Source: Arenicellales bacterium
GTDB lineage: Bacteria; Pseudomonadota; Gammaproteobacteria; BMS3Bbin11
Assembly (NCBI GenBank): GCA_029287915.1
Contig: JARFQE010000115.1
Span: forward strand, 34,969 to 98,968
Length of the DNA: 64,000 bases
Direction of reading: 5' to 3'
Positions 24,040 to 34,671 of the stretch are shown here, one piece after another. The notes beneath the pieces were generated by a model. That model had not been told where the DNA came from and did not search any database. It saw only the letters and a list, made by a program, of their open reading frames with translations. The translations under genes were made by a program, and so were the position numbers. Position 1 is the first letter of the stretch; every line of letters begins with the position of its first letter.

Positions 24040-25650
24040 CTAGATTTTAGCGTTAAAATTGTTGGGCACCAGAATCGTATTTACCCGTTGCAGGTCAGGG
24101 TTAGGCTGCGGGTAATCTCGCGTGAAATGTAGTCCACGGCTTTCCTTTCGCAGTTGTGCACTGCGGATGGTCAATTCGGCGATGACAGCCAGGTTGCGCA
24201 ATTCAATCAGGTTATTATCTACCTTGAAACAGCTGTAGAATTCATCAATTTCATCTTTTAGCAGTTCAATGCGGTTCTGTGCCCGCTGCAGGCGTTTGTT
24301 TGTCCTGACGATACCGACGTAGTCCCACATAAAGCGACGAAGTTCATCCCAGTTATGTGACACAACAACCTGTTCGTCTGGATCTGTGACCTGGCTTTCA
24401 TCCCATTTTGGTAATTCAGCTGGCGGGGATGAAGATTCTTTGAGGCTTTGATTGATTGCATGACTCGCAGCCTGAGAAAAAACCAGGCATTCAAGCAGTG
24501 AGTTACTGGCCAGACGGTTAGCTCCATGCAGTCCAGTAAAAGTACATTCCCCGATAGCATACAGATTTTCGACATCTGTTTTACCATCTAGATCAGTCAT
24601 CACACCGCCACAGGTATAATGGGCAGCAGGTACCACGGGAATAGGGTTACGGGTAATATCCATGCCAAATTTCAGGCAACGTGCGTAGATAGTAGGGAAG
24701 TGTTCAATAATGAAATCGTGATCACGGTGGCTGATATCCAGGTATACACTGTCCAGGCCGCCTTTCTTCATTTCATAATCGATAGCGCGGGCAACGATAT
24801 CACGAGGAGCCATTTCTGCTCTTTTATCATGTTTCTTCATGAAGCGCGTCCCATCAGGCAGCAATAAATGTGCACCTTCACCGCGCAGGGCTTCAGAAAT
24901 CAGGAAGGATTTAGCTTCCGGATGATAGAGGCAGGTGGGATGAAACTGTACGAACTCCATGTTTGCGACCCGACAACCGACTCGCCATGCCATGGCGATG
25001 CCATCTCCTGTTGAGGTGTCTGGGTTACTGGTATAGAGATAGACTTTTGATGCTCCGCCCGTTGCCAGAACTGTGTTGATTGAACTGACTGCCATTATCT
25101 TGCCAGTCTTCTGGTTCAGAATATAGGCACCGAGACAACGGTTTTCTGACCCACCAATCTTACTATCGGGAATCAGGTCGATGGCAATAGAATGTTCAAT
25201 TATGTGTATATTAGGGTGGTTTCTTGTTTTCTGCTCCAGCGTTGTCTCAATCGCTTTACCTGTTGCATCTGCGGCGTGAATTACGCGTCGATGACTATGA
25301 CCACCTTCACGGGTCAAGTGATAGTGACTGCCATCAATATCAAGACTAAAGCCAACACCCTGATCAATCAGCCATTTAATATTTTCCGGGCCGTGGCTAA
25401 TGACATAATCGACGCAATCAGGATCACAGAGACCTGCCCCAGCATCCAGAGTATCCTGCTTATGTGATTGTATGGAATCATTGTCACCTAGTACAGCTGC
25501 AACACCACCTTGCGCATAATAACTGGAGCCTTCATGTAGAGGGCCTTTAGAGACCACTGCCACAGATGCAGTATCCGCAAGTCGGAGAGCGAGACCCAGA
25601 CCAGCCAGGCCACTGCCAATTATCAGGACATCGAAACGTTGGTTTGTCAT
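24040..25650 (-). CDS. nadB: L-aspartate oxidase NadB
   Basis: 536 aa starting [18 protein letters not shown], an FAD-binding flavoprotein. Divergent from rpoE as in E. coli. Confidence 0.9.
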   Translation of the reverse strand: MTNQRFDVLIIGSGLAGLGLALRLADTASVAVVSKGPLHEGSSYYAQGGVAAVLGDNDSIQSHKQDTLDAGAGLCDPDCVDYVISHGPENIKWLIDQGVGFSLDIDGSHYHLTREGGHSHRRVIHAADATGKAIETTLEQKTRNHPNIHIIEHSIAIDLIPDSKIGGSENRCLGAYILNQKTGKIMAVSSINTVLATGGASKVYLYTSNPDTSTGDGIAMAWRVGCRVANMEFVQFHPTCLYHPEAKSFLISEALRGEGAHLLLPDGTRFMKKHDKRAEMAPRDIVARAIDYEMKKGGLDSVYLDISHRDHDFIIEHFPTIYARCLKFGMDITRNPIPVVPAAHYTCGGVMTDLDGKTDVENLYAIGECTFTGLHGANRLASNSLLECLVFSQAASHAINQSLKESSSPPAELPKWDESQVTDPDEQVVVSHNWDELRRFMWDYVGIVRTNKRLQRAQNRIELLKDEIDEFYSCFKVDNNLIELRNLAVIAELTIRSAQLRKESRGLHFTRDYPQPNPDLQRVNTILVPNNFNAKI

Positions 25651-25811
25651 TGTTTGTTGTTTGCGCCAGTATTTCCTGAGTATAACCTGATTCAGTGCAT
25701 CTAAATGGGTCTTTTTGGATTACTGTTCCTAATCGTGCATGTTATAGTTTATCGATGATTGTGGTGTAAACCACTGTGAAATTAATTAATTTAATTTTTC
25801 AATATAATGAA

Positions 25812-25840
25812 AGAACTTTTACATAAGAATAATGTCACAA
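25812..25840 (+). promoter_or_regulatory. Candidate sigma-E-type autoregulatory promoter upstream of rpoE
   Basis: AGAACTT at 25812-25818, a 16-nt spacer, then TCACA at 25835-25839. The enterobacterial sigma-E consensus is GGAACTT-N16-TCAAA. Confidence 0.35.
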
Positions 25841-25901
25841 GAAATAGTGCAAATGGTCGGTATTGATACTCACTGGAAAAACCGAATTTGCTGGTTCGCA
25901 C

Positions 25902-26477
25902 ATGTCTGAAGATACTCCGGATAATGTGCTGGTAGAGAGGACTCAGCAAGGTGATCAGGCTGCTTTCGGTTTACTGGTTGAAAAATATCAACATCGCCTG
26001 GCCAAATTAGTCAGTCGTTATATACACGATAGTTCTGAAGTTGAAGATGTGTGCCAGGAAGCACTAATCAAGGCCTATCGTGCAATTGGCAGTTTTAGAG
26101 GTGAAAGTGCTTTTTACACATGGCTTTATCGCATAGCTGTTAATACGGCAAAGAATTATCTGATATCTCAGGGTAGACGACCGCCTAAATCGGATATTGA
26201 TGCAGAAGAGGCTGTGCAGACTGAAGTTGGTTCAGCAATGCGGGAAACTGGAACGCCAGAAGCTGGTGCATTGACCAGGGAATTGGCAGAGACGGTGACG
26301 CGTGCGGTTGAGCAATTGCCTGAAGACTTGAAAATGGCAATCACCCTTCGTGAAATCGAAGGCATGTCCTATGATGAGATTGCAGAAGTCATGGCTTGCC
26401 CAATAGGAACAGTGAGGTCGAGAATTTTCAGGGCACGTGATGCCATTGACCGTGAATTAAAACCATTGCTCGAGTGA
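25902..26477 (+). CDS. rpoE: RNA polymerase sigma factor RpoE (sigma-24)
   Basis: Starts MSEDTPDNVLVERTQQGDQAAFGLLVEKYQHRL at ATG 25902, very close to the E. coli RpoE N-terminus. Confidence 0.9.
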   Translation: MSEDTPDNVLVERTQQGDQAAFGLLVEKYQHRLAKLVSRYIHDSSEVEDVCQEALIKAYRAIGSFRGESAFYTWLYRIAVNTAKNYLISQGRRPPKSDIDAEEAVQTEVGSAMRETGTPEAGALTRELAETVTRAVEQLPEDLKMAITLREIEGMSYDEIAEVMACPIGTVRSRIFRARDAIDRELKPLLE

Positions 26478-26485
26478 GTAGTTAG

Positions 26486-27058
26486 ATGAAAGAGAATTTA
26501 TCAGCATTTATGGATGGCGAACTTGATCATTCACAATCTGTACAGTTAATCAGACAACTGGCCAAGGATAAAGAATTACGAGGACACTGGCAGCGATACC
26601 ATAGCTATGGTTCAGTGCTGAGAAATGAAATGACGCCAGTGTTATCGGAAGATTTTAGTGACAGGGTTTTACAGGCACTTGCAAAAGAACCCGTGCAGCT
26701 ATCCCCTGCTGAAAGTAGCGGGCGTAGACGTTTACTAGGGCCTGTAGCTGGCCTCGCAGTTGCCGCTTCACTGGTTGGCATAGCTATATTGTTGCAGAAA
26801 CCAGCTATCAACGAGACACAGGATTCACAGGTATCCAGTGTTGCCAAGGTGTCTGCGCCTGCCCTGCCATTACCAAAGTCAACGGATTCTTCAACCGATA
26901 GCAAATTGATTGTTGCTAATAGCAAGAATGAGAATGTACGTGAAAGGATCAATCAGCTGCTTGTTGAGCATAACGAGTATAATCCTGCAAGCGATATGAC
27001 AGGTTTGTTGCCTTACTCACGTTTTGTTGGTTTCAACCCAAACACTGATAAACATTAA
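26486..27058 (+). CDS. rseA: Anti-sigma-E factor RseA
   Basis: 190 aa. N-terminal anti-sigma domain (MDGELD...LRGHWQRYH) then a single TM helix. Confidence 0.8.
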   Translation: MKENLSAFMDGELDHSQSVQLIRQLAKDKELRGHWQRYHSYGSVLRNEMTPVLSEDFSDRVLQALAKEPVQLSPAESSGRRRLLGPVAGLAVAASLVGIAILLQKPAINETQDSQVSSVAKVSAPALPLPKSTDSSTDSKLIVANSKNENVRERINQLLVEHNEYNPASDMTGLLPYSRFVGFNPNTDKH

Positions 27059-28020
27059 TGAAGCTGGCTGGTCGTTTTCTTCTACTCGGAGGCATTCTCT
27101 GGATAACACATGGCTGGGCGGATGATGATAGCATTGCCTTGCTCAAACGGATGAATCATGCAGCCAGCTCACTCAATTTTGATGGTGTTTTTTTGCATGT
27201 TGATGATCAGCACCTTGACACACTTCGTGTTATTCACAAGATACAGAATGGGAAAGTCCTGGAACGACTGTATGCCCTAAATGGTAATCCTCGTGAGGTT
27301 ATCAGAGATGCGGAAAGAGTATGGTGTTTCATGCCAGAACGAAAGATGGGTCATGCTGGCCTGCGGTCGACCAAACAAACCGGCTTCCCCGGTTTTATGG
27401 TTAAAAACCTCGACGGCCTGGCAAGTAATTATATTTTGACGACGGGTAATGTAGACAGGATTGCTGACAGAACTGCAATACGTCTTAAGATATTGCCACG
27501 CGATGCCTACCGCTATGGTTATGAATTGTGGGCAGATCAGGAAACTGGATTGTTGTTGAAATCGGTACTCATTGATCATGCAAGCAATGCAATCGAGCAG
27601 TACATGTACGCTTTTATCAATATTGGCATTGATATTCCTGATTCAGATCTGTTACCAATGACAAGTAAAGAAGAGCTTGAATGGTTCAATGATAAAAAGC
27701 CGCCAAAAATGATGGCCGTAGCTGATAGCCCATGGTATTTTGACTCATTACCAGATGGTTACAATCTGATCAATATCATGCAAAGGTCAATGCCTATGGA
27801 CGATAAGCGTCTAGAGCACATGGTGCTGAGTGATGGTCTGGCTGGTATATCAGTTTTCATTGAGAAAACTGAAAATCCTGCGTATGAGAACGGTATTGAA
27901 CAAATGGGAGCAGTTAATGCCTATACACGGACTATTGATGAATGGCAGGTAACTGTAATTGGAGAAGTCCCAGCTGTAGCAGTAAAACTTATTGGTGAAG
28001 CACTGGCCCTCAAACACTGA
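27058..28020 (+). CDS. rseB: Sigma-E regulatory protein RseB (MucB)
   Basis: 320 aa with signal peptide. Start overlaps the rseA stop. Synteny. Confidence 0.85.
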   Translation: MKLAGRFLLLGGILWITHGWADDDSIALLKRMNHAASSLNFDGVFLHVDDQHLDTLRVIHKIQNGKVLERLYALNGNPREVIRDAERVWCFMPERKMGHAGLRSTKQTGFPGFMVKNLDGLASNYILTTGNVDRIADRTAIRLKILPRDAYRYGYELWADQETGLLLKSVLIDHASNAIEQYMYAFINIGIDIPDSDLLPMTSKEELEWFNDKKPPKMMAVADSPWYFDSLPDGYNLINIMQRSMPMDDKRLEHMVLSDGLAGISVFIEKTENPAYENGIEQMGAVNAYTRTIDEWQVTVIGEVPAVAVKLIGEALALKH

Positions 28021-28037
28021 AATGTAGAACGCTTATT

Positions 28038-28493
28038 GTGATGAATATGGTTGAAGAAACCGGTGTCATTGTTTCACTTGATGGTAATTATGCAAGTGTA
28101 GCTCCTTTATCGCCAACTGATTGCATGTCCTGTGCAGGCAGTGGCAGCTGTGGAACAACATTATTGGCCCCTCTTTTTAGTAAAAAAAAGAGGTTGCTCG
28201 TTGCAGAAAACACGATCAACGCCAAACCCGGTGATGAGGTCGTCGTTGGACTAAATAGAACGGCACTTGTTTTTGCTTCATTGATGGTTTATTTGCTTCC
28301 ATTGCTTGTTCTGGTTATAGCAGCAGTAGCCGGAGAATCCCTGGCTCTGGGGCTTGGGCTTGAAGATGGTGAATTAATCGCCATATTATCTGGACTGGGA
28401 GGCGCGTCGTTGACATTCATATTTGTCAGTCGCGTAATCAGATCTGCTTTCTTCTCTGTCTTCTTCGAACCGATATTAATCAACAGACGATAG
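28038..28493 (+). CDS. rseC: RseC/SoxR-reducing-system family protein
   Basis: 151 aa. Cys motif CMSCAGSGSCG near the N-terminus and two TM helices, as in RseC. Confidence 0.8.
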   Translation: MMNMVEETGVIVSLDGNYASVAPLSPTDCMSCAGSGSCGTTLLAPLFSKKKRLLVAENTINAKPGDEVVVGLNRTALVFASLMVYLLPLLVLVIAAVAGESLALGLGLEDGELIAILSGLGGASLTFIFVSRVIRSAFFSVFFEPILINRR

Positions 28494-28547
28494 AGTATCA
28501 GCACACTCCGTTTTTTTATTTAAATTTGTAGTTCCGAGGTCCCACTG

Positions 28548-29963
28548 ATGAAAAAATTGTTAACTTTGCCAGTATTCTTTTTATTTGCAACTGTTCTGGC
28601 ATTTACAGTTCAAGCTTCTACACTGCCAGATTTTGTTGACCTGGTAAAAGATCAGGGTAAGGCAGTTGTCAATATCAGCACCAAGCAAAAGACAGAATCT
28701 TTGCAATCTGGCCATGGTGACTTGCAGATGCCTGAGATACCTGAAGACAGCCCCTTTCATGACTTCTTTGAAAAATTCTTCGGTCAGATTCCCCAGGTAC
28801 CTGATCAGCAGCCGAGAGTCAGATCACTAGGCTCGGGTTTCATCATTTCTGCGGATGGTTATGTGCTGACTTCTGCGCATGTTGTGGAAAATGCCGATGA
28901 GATAGTTGTGCGCATGACGGATAGGCGTGAAATGCTGGCTAAAGTCATCGGCACGGACAAGCGCAGCGATGTAGCTTTACTGAAAGTCGATGCGGAGGAT
29001 CTGCCATACCTGAAGCCGGGCAATCCAGATGATCTGAAAGTTGGAGAGTGGGTGCTGGCTATAGGTTCTCCATTTGGCTTTGAAAATAGCGCAACTGCTG
29101 GCATTGTTTCGGCCAAAGGTCGCAGTTTACCGAATGAGAACTACATACCGTTTATTCAGTCAGATGTGGCGATTAATCCTGGCAACTCGGGCGGTCCATT
29201 ATTTAATATGGCAGGCGAGGTCGTTGGTATCAACGCACAGATTTACAGCCGTTCCGGTGGCTACATGGGGCTTGCATTCTCTGTGCCGATAGACCTGGCG
29301 ATGCAGGTAGCAGAGCAACTTCGTACTGGTGGTAAAGTAATGCGAGGATGGCTTGGTGTCACTATTCAGGATGTCAATCGTGAACTTGCTGAGGCCCTTG
29401 ATATGGAAAAACCTTATGGTGCACTCGTTTCCTCTATTCTTCCCGATAGCCCAGCTTCAAAATCAAACTTGCAGGTACAGGATGTAATTATTGAATACAA
29501 CGGTAAACCTGTAAGGCATTCATCTGATCTGCCTTTCTTCGTTGGGCGTACCAAGGTCGGTAGTGATGCAGTTATCAAGATCATGCGCGGTGGAAAAATC
29601 CGAACTGTAAAAGTAACCATCGGGCAGTTGCCGGATTCAGGTTTAGCAAGTCTTGACGTTGAAGAAAGCCCCGCTGAGAAAAGTAATGCTGCATTGCTTG
29701 GCATGAATGTACGCGATTTAACCAAGCAGGAGAAAAAGAAGCTTGAGCTGGACTCAGGGGTACTAGTGCTTATGGTTGATGCAGGTTCTGCGGCCGCGAA
29801 AGCGGGCATCATAAAGGGCGATATTATTCTTATGTTGAATAAGCAAAAGATTAGAAATGTAAAGGAATTCAAGAGTACTGTCAGCGCCCTGAAAAAAGGA
29901 AAGTCTGCCGCGATACTGGTCAGGCGCGGCAAGGGTTCGCAATTTCTTGTCCTCAAGCCATAA
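28548..29963 (+). CDS. degP: Periplasmic serine endoprotease DegP/MucD (HtrA family)
   Basis: 471 aa with signal peptide, trypsin-like catalytic domain (GNSGGPL) and two PDZ domains. Follows rseABC as in the algU-mucABCD arrangement. Confidence 0.9.
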   Translation: MKKLLTLPVFFLFATVLAFTVQASTLPDFVDLVKDQGKAVVNISTKQKTESLQSGHGDLQMPEIPEDSPFHDFFEKFFGQIPQVPDQQPRVRSLGSGFIISADGYVLTSAHVVENADEIVVRMTDRREMLAKVIGTDKRSDVALLKVDAEDLPYLKPGNPDDLKVGEWVLAIGSPFGFENSATAGIVSAKGRSLPNENYIPFIQSDVAINPGNSGGPLFNMAGEVVGINAQIYSRSGGYMGLAFSVPIDLAMQVAEQLRTGGKVMRGWLGVTIQDVNRELAEALDMEKPYGALVSSILPDSPASKSNLQVQDVIIEYNGKPVRHSSDLPFFVGRTKVGSDAVIKIMRGGKIRTVKVTIGQLPDSGLASLDVEESPAEKSNAALLGMNVRDLTKQEKKKLELDSGVLVLMVDAGSAAAKAGIIKGDIILMLNKQKIRNVKEFKSTVSALKKGKSAAILVRRGKGSQFLVLKP

Positions 29964-30046
29964 ATTCCATAGTCGAGAGGAATCACTTTCCTCTCGGTGG
30001 CTTCAATAGCGTATAATTGCCATTTTTATCAATGGGGACCTGCCGC

Positions 30047-31855
30047 GTGTCAGAGTCTGCGACAGACCACATCAGAAATTTCTCAATAATCGCTCATATT
30101 GATCACGGCAAATCGACCCTGGCTGATCGATTTATACAGCTATGTGGTGGGCTTTCAGAACGTGAGATGAATGAGCAGGTGCTTGATTCGATGGATATCG
30201 AGCGTGAACGAGGCATTACCATCAAGGCACAAAGTGTTCGTCTGGAATACCAGGCTGATGATGGCCGGACATATCAACTAAATCTGATCGACACCCCAGG
30301 TCATGTAGATTTCTCCTATGAAGTCTCTCGTTCATTGACAGCATGTGAGGGTGCTCTGCTGATTGTTGATGCTGCTCAGGGTGTAGAAGCACAGACAGTG
30401 GCAAACTGCTATACAGCTGTTGATATCGGTCTTGAAGTAGTGCCTGTGCTGAACAAAATTGATCTGCCTGCTGCAGAGCCTGACAGAGTACGCGCAGAAA
30501 TCGAAGATGTCATAGGTATTGATGCATCAGATGCAGTTGAAACAAGTGCTAAAAGCGGTATCGGTATAAAGGATGTTCTAGAAGCTATCATCAGAAAGCT
30601 GCCACCACCTGCCGGGGATCCTGACGCACCATTAAAAGCCCTTATTATTGATTCCTGGTTCGATAACTATCTGGGTACTGTTTCACTGATTAGAATTGTC
30701 GATGGTGAATTAAAGAAAAAAGACCGTATCCGTCTGATGGCAACAGGTAGTGAATATATCGTTGATAATGTCGGTGTGTTTACACCGAAGCGTACCGAAA
30801 CGGATATCCTGCGCTGTGGTGAGGTTGGATTCATGGTAGCAGGAATCAAGGATATACGTAGTGCACGTGTCGGCGATACAGTGACATTGAGAGATCGACC
30901 GACAGACAAGCCACTTGAGGGCTTCAAAGAATCCCAGCCAAGAGTATTCTCAGGCCTGTATCCAGTTAATTCAGGTGATTATCACGCTTTTCGCGATGCA
31001 CTGGAAAAGTTAAGCCTGAATGATGCCTCGCTATATTTTGAACCAGAAAATTCCGAGGCATTAGGGCATGGTTTCCGTTGTGGTTTTCTTGGCATGCTAC
31101 ACATGGAAATTATTCAGGAGCGACTGGAAAGAGAGTATGACCTTGACCTGATTACTACCGCACCAACAGTTATTTATGAGGTTCTTACAAAGAAAGGTGA
31201 AACACTTCGTATCGACAATCCTGCGCGCTTACCGGAAATATCACAAATTGATGAAATAAGGGAACCTGTCATCATTGCCCATTTGCTAATGCCGCAGGAG
31301 TATGTTGGCAGTGTGATGCAGCTTTGCAATGATAAGCGTGGTATGCAGAAAGATATGCAGTATCTTGGTCGACAGGTCATGCTGACATATGAACTGCCAT
31401 TGAGTGAAGTTGTGCTGGATTTCTTTGATAGACTGAAGTCTGTTAGCCGAGGTTATGCATCAATGGATTATGAGTTCCTTGAATTCAGGGCAGCAGATGT
31501 AGTCCGAGTAGACATATTAATCAATGGCGAACGAGTAGGCCCACTTTCTGTTATTGTACATAAGAGTAATGCACCGTATCGAGGACGCGATCTGATTAAG
31601 GCAATGCGTGAGATTATCCCCAGGCAGATGTTTGATATCGCCATACAGGCTGCGATTGGAGGCAAAATTATCGCCAGGGAAACCGTCAAGGCACTACGCA
31701 AAAATGTAACAGCAAAATGCTATGGCGGTGATATAACCCGTAAACGCAAATTGCTGGAAAAACAGAAAGCAGGTAAAAAACGCATGAAGCAGATTGGCTC
31801 AGTAGAAATTCCACAGGAAGCGTTTCTTGCCGTACTGAAAGTCTCGGAGGACTAG
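30047..31855 (+). CDS. lepA: Elongation factor 4 LepA
   Basis: Motif [20 protein letters not shown]. Start ambiguous: TTG 30017, ATG 30032 or GTG 30047. GTG 30047 is preferred because GGGGA lies 8 nt upstream and the N-terminus then has the same length as in E. coli. Confidence 0.85.
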   Translation: MSESATDHIRNFSIIAHIDHGKSTLADRFIQLCGGLSEREMNEQVLDSMDIERERGITIKAQSVRLEYQADDGRTYQLNLIDTPGHVDFSYEVSRSLTACEGALLIVDAAQGVEAQTVANCYTAVDIGLEVVPVLNKIDLPAAEPDRVRAEIEDVIGIDASDAVETSAKSGIGIKDVLEAIIRKLPPPAGDPDAPLKALIIDSWFDNYLGTVSLIRIVDGELKKKDRIRLMATGSEYIVDNVGVFTPKRTETDILRCGEVGFMVAGIKDIRSARVGDTVTLRDRPTDKPLEGFKESQPRVFSGLYPVNSGDYHAFRDALEKLSLNDASLYFEPENSEALGHGFRCGFLGMLHMEIIQERLEREYDLDLITTAPTVIYEVLTKKGETLRIDNPARLPEISQIDEIREPVIIAHLLMPQEYVGSVMQLCNDKRGMQKDMQYLGRQVMLTYELPLSEVVLDFFDRLKSVSRGYASMDYEFLEFRAADVVRVDILINGERVGPLSVIVHKSNAPYRGRDLIKAMREIIPRQMFDIAIQAAIGGKIIARETVKALRKNVTAKCYGGDITRKRKLLEKQKAGKKRMKQIGSVEIPQEAFLAVLKVSED

Positions 31856-31856
31856 T

Positions 31857-32657
31857 ATGGATTTTTCGTTAATTCTTTTTATTGCATTAGTTGTAACTGG
31901 GGCTGTCTGGCTACTGGATTCACTTTATTTTTCACGTCGCAGGGCAGGCAAGGCCAAAGAGGCTGGTGAAACGGCCAAAGATCCTCTGCTGGTCGAATAT
32001 TCCAAGGCCTTTTTCCCGGTAATATTGATCGTCTTTGTATTGCGTTCATTCATTGCCGAACCTTTCAGGATTCCATCTGGTTCTATGTTGCCTACTCTTA
32101 AAATTGGTGATTTTATCCTGGTCAATAAATTCAGCTATGGCATCAGATTTCCCGTCATCAACGAGAAAGTGGTTTCTCTTTCTGATCCTGAACGAGGAGA
32201 TATCATGGTGTTTCGTTTCCCCCATGATCCAAAAATGCATTTTGTTAAACGAGTGGTTGGGCTGCCAGGTGATGAAATTGAATACCGGGCTGATAAGCTC
32301 TATATCAATGGCAAGGTGATGCCTCAAAAGGCTGAGGGAAAATACGACTTCAGGAACGGCGCCAGCCGCAAGCTTTCACTGAACAAATTCACGGAAGATC
32401 TTGATAAAGTGAAACATAATATATTAATTGATCCGCGGCGCAACAACTCTCAAACAATGAGATTTGAGGTTCCTGCGGGACAGTACTTTGTCATGGGAGA
32501 TAACCGGAATTATAGTAATGACAGTCGTTACTGGGGGTTTGTTCCTGATAAAAATGTGGTTGGCAAGGCGTTTTTTATCTGGTTCTCATGGGACTGGTCC
32601 AATGGCGGTGGTATAAACTGGAGCAGAATTGGTACTATTTTAAATGCAGAATTATGA
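31857..32657 (+). CDS. lepB: Signal peptidase I LepB
   Basis: 266 aa. N-terminal TM helix and catalytic Ser box (GSMLPTL). Follows lepA. Confidence 0.9.
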   Translation: MDFSLILFIALVVTGAVWLLDSLYFSRRRAGKAKEAGETAKDPLLVEYSKAFFPVILIVFVLRSFIAEPFRIPSGSMLPTLKIGDFILVNKFSYGIRFPVINEKVVSLSDPERGDIMVFRFPHDPKMHFVKRVVGLPGDEIEYRADKLYINGKVMPQKAEGKYDFRNGASRKLSLNKFTEDLDKVKHNILIDPRRNNSQTMRFEVPAGQYFVMGDNRNYSNDSRYWGFVPDKNVVGKAFFIWFSWDWSNGGGINWSRIGTILNAEL

Positions 32658-32701
32658 TAAACGACTAGACTATAAATAAATCAATGAAGGAGGAGATTTA
32701 T

Positions 32702-33091
32702 ATGAATAATTTGAGCCACGCCAGTAAGCAAAAAGGTGCCTCGATGTGGACACTGGTGTTTACCAGTGCGCTGATAGTTCTTTTCGCACTGATCACCATG
32801 AAACTGGTACCCGCATATCTAGATAATAACAAGATTATCAACGCACTTGACTCACTGGCAGAAACTCCAGGTGCTGCAAATATGAGCCGTAGACAGGTAA
32901 TAAGTAAAATTGACAACACCCTTTATATTGATATGGCGAGTGACTTGCTGGATCTCAATGATGCCCTGACGATCACAAAAACAAAAAACACAAAAGTGTA
33001 TACCATCGGCTATGAAAGGGTAATTCCGATGGCCTACAACATTAGTGCACTGCTGGATTTCGAGAATAGTGTCGAAGTCTCGCTTAAATAA
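32702..33091 (+). CDS. DUF4845 small membrane-anchored protein
   Basis: Strong SD GAAGGAGGAG 7 nt upstream of ATG 32702. Single TM helix. This family recurs between lepB and rnc in gammaproteobacteria. Confidence 0.7.
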   Translation: MNNLSHASKQKGASMWTLVFTSALIVLFALITMKLVPAYLDNNKIINALDSLAETPGAANMSRRQVISKIDNTLYIDMASDLLDLNDALTITKTKNTKVYTIGYERVIPMAYNISALLDFENSVEVSLK

Positions 33092-33779
33092 TGAAAATAT
33101 AGCTAGACTAAAGAAGTCTCTTTTATATGATTTTAGCAATCGCCCGGATTTGCTGATACGTGCACTGACCCACCGTAGTTATAGCTCCGATAATTATGAA
33201 AGGCTTGAGTTCCTGGGAGACAGTGTGCTGGGCTTCATTATTGCAGATGCGTTATATGCAAGGTTTCCAGATGCCGATGAAGGGCAATTGACAAGGATGC
33301 GGGCCAGCCTGGTCAGACAGGAAACGCTGGCTGAGCTCGGCAGGAAGATAGAATTGGGTGCATATCTTATCCTCGGTCCAGGCGCACTGAAAAGTGGTGA
33401 CCATGCTCGAGACTCAATTCTTTCAGATGTCATCGAGGCAATAATCGGAGCTATCTATCTTGATGGCGGAATAAAGCCGTGTAGGAAATTAATCAATCGC
33501 ATGTTTGCCAGTAGATTGGCATTGTGTGAACCCGATAGTGTTTCTAAGGACCCTAAGACGCGCTTACAGGAATTATTACAGGAAAGATCCAGGGAACTCC
33601 CAGAATACACAATTATCGATGTCAGTGGGCCTCCTCACAAGCAATCATTCAAGGTGCAATGTCAGATAGTTGATGTCGGCCAGGCCTTTATTGGGAAGGG
33701 CTCGAGCCGTCGCAGAGCTGAGCAGGATTCCGCGGAAAAAGCCCTGCAGGCTCTTTCCGGGACGTTGTATGATGACTAA
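33045..33779 (+). CDS. rnc: Ribonuclease III
   Basis: Signature ALTHRSY...ERLEFLGDSVL plus a C-terminal dsRBD. GTG start at 33045 (or 33069), overlapping the DUF4845 gene by 47 nt. Confidence 0.9.
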   Translation: MHCWISRIVSKSRLNNENIARLKKSLLYDFSNRPDLLIRALTHRSYSSDNYERLEFLGDSVLGFIIADALYARFPDADEGQLTRMRASLVRQETLAELGRKIELGAYLILGPGALKSGDHARDSILSDVIEAIIGAIYLDGGIKPCRKLINRMFASRLALCEPDSVSKDPKTRLQELLQERSRELPEYTIIDVSGPPHKQSFKVQCQIVDVGQAFIGKGSSRRRAEQDSAEKALQALSGTLYDD

Positions 33780-34671
33780 CCCTTTCCGTGCAGGTTTTAT
33801 CGCAATACTGGGGCGGCCGAATGTCGGCAAATCGACTCTGTTAAATAGAATTATCGGTAAAAAGATTAGTATTACATCATCGAAACCCCAGACAACGCGC
33901 CATCGTCTGCTGGGTATACGAACTACAGATGAATGCCAGATGATTTTTATAGATACTCCCGGCGTACATCTAGGCAGTAAACGCTATATCAACCAGGTGT
34001 TAAATAAGACCGCCGCAAATGCACTCGCAGGTGTTGACATAACACTGCTGATGATTACAGCCGAAGGCTGGAAGGAGGAAGATTATCACGCACTGAAACT
34101 GGCGACGCAGGAAAAAGCCAGGGTGATCCTGCTGATCAATAAAATAGACAAACTAAAAGATAAAAATCGTCTGCTGCCACTGATAGAATCATCGTCACAG
34201 TTGTATGACTTTATGGCCATTATTCCTCTGTCTGCCAGCAATGGAGATAATGTTGAGTCCCTACTAAAAATCCTTCCAGAAGGCCTCCCTGAAAGCCCAC
34301 TACTGTTTCCTGAAGGACAGATGACAGACAAGGGAGCACGTTTTATTGTTTCAGAAACGATAAGAGAGAAGCTTTTTCGTCAATTGCATCGCGAAATACC
34401 TTATGCACTCGCGGTAGAAATACAACAGTTTGAATTGTCTGATACCCTGCTACGGGCAGATGTTATTGTCTGGGTAGAGAAAGAGAGTCAGAAAGGCATC
34501 ATTATTGGTAAGAAGGGAGAAAAATTGCGCTCTGTAGGCAAATCTGCAAGAGAAGATCTGGAGTCTTATTTTGACAGGAAGGTCTATCTACAGCTATGGG
34601 TCAAGGTAAGAGAAAACTGGTCAGATGATGTCGTGATGCTGCGTTCAATTGGCTACATTGAGGAAGAATGA
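33769..34671 (+). CDS. era: GTPase Era
   Basis: Starts MMTNPFRAGFIAILGRPNVGKSTLLN at ATG 33769, overlapping the rnc stop. C-terminal KH domain. Confidence 0.9.
   Translation: MMTNPFRAGFIAILGRPNVGKSTLLNRIIGKKISITSSKPQTTRHRLLGIRTTDECQMIFIDTPGVHLGSKRYINQVLNKTAANALAGVDITLLMITAEGWKEEDYHALKLATQEKARVILLINKIDKLKDKNRLLPLIESSSQLYDFMAIIPLSASNGDNVESLLKILPEGLPESPLLFPEGQMTDKGARFIVSETIREKLFRQLHREIPYALAVEIQQFELSDTLLRADVIVWVEKESQKGIIIGKKGEKLRSVGKSAREDLESYFDRKVYLQLWVKVRENWSDDVVMLRSIGYIEEE

Noticed and set aside
29970-30000. Terminator after degP (CGAGAGG...CCTCTCG hairpin)
   Set aside because: A 7-bp stem is present but it is not followed by a U-run, so it is not called as an intrinsic terminator.
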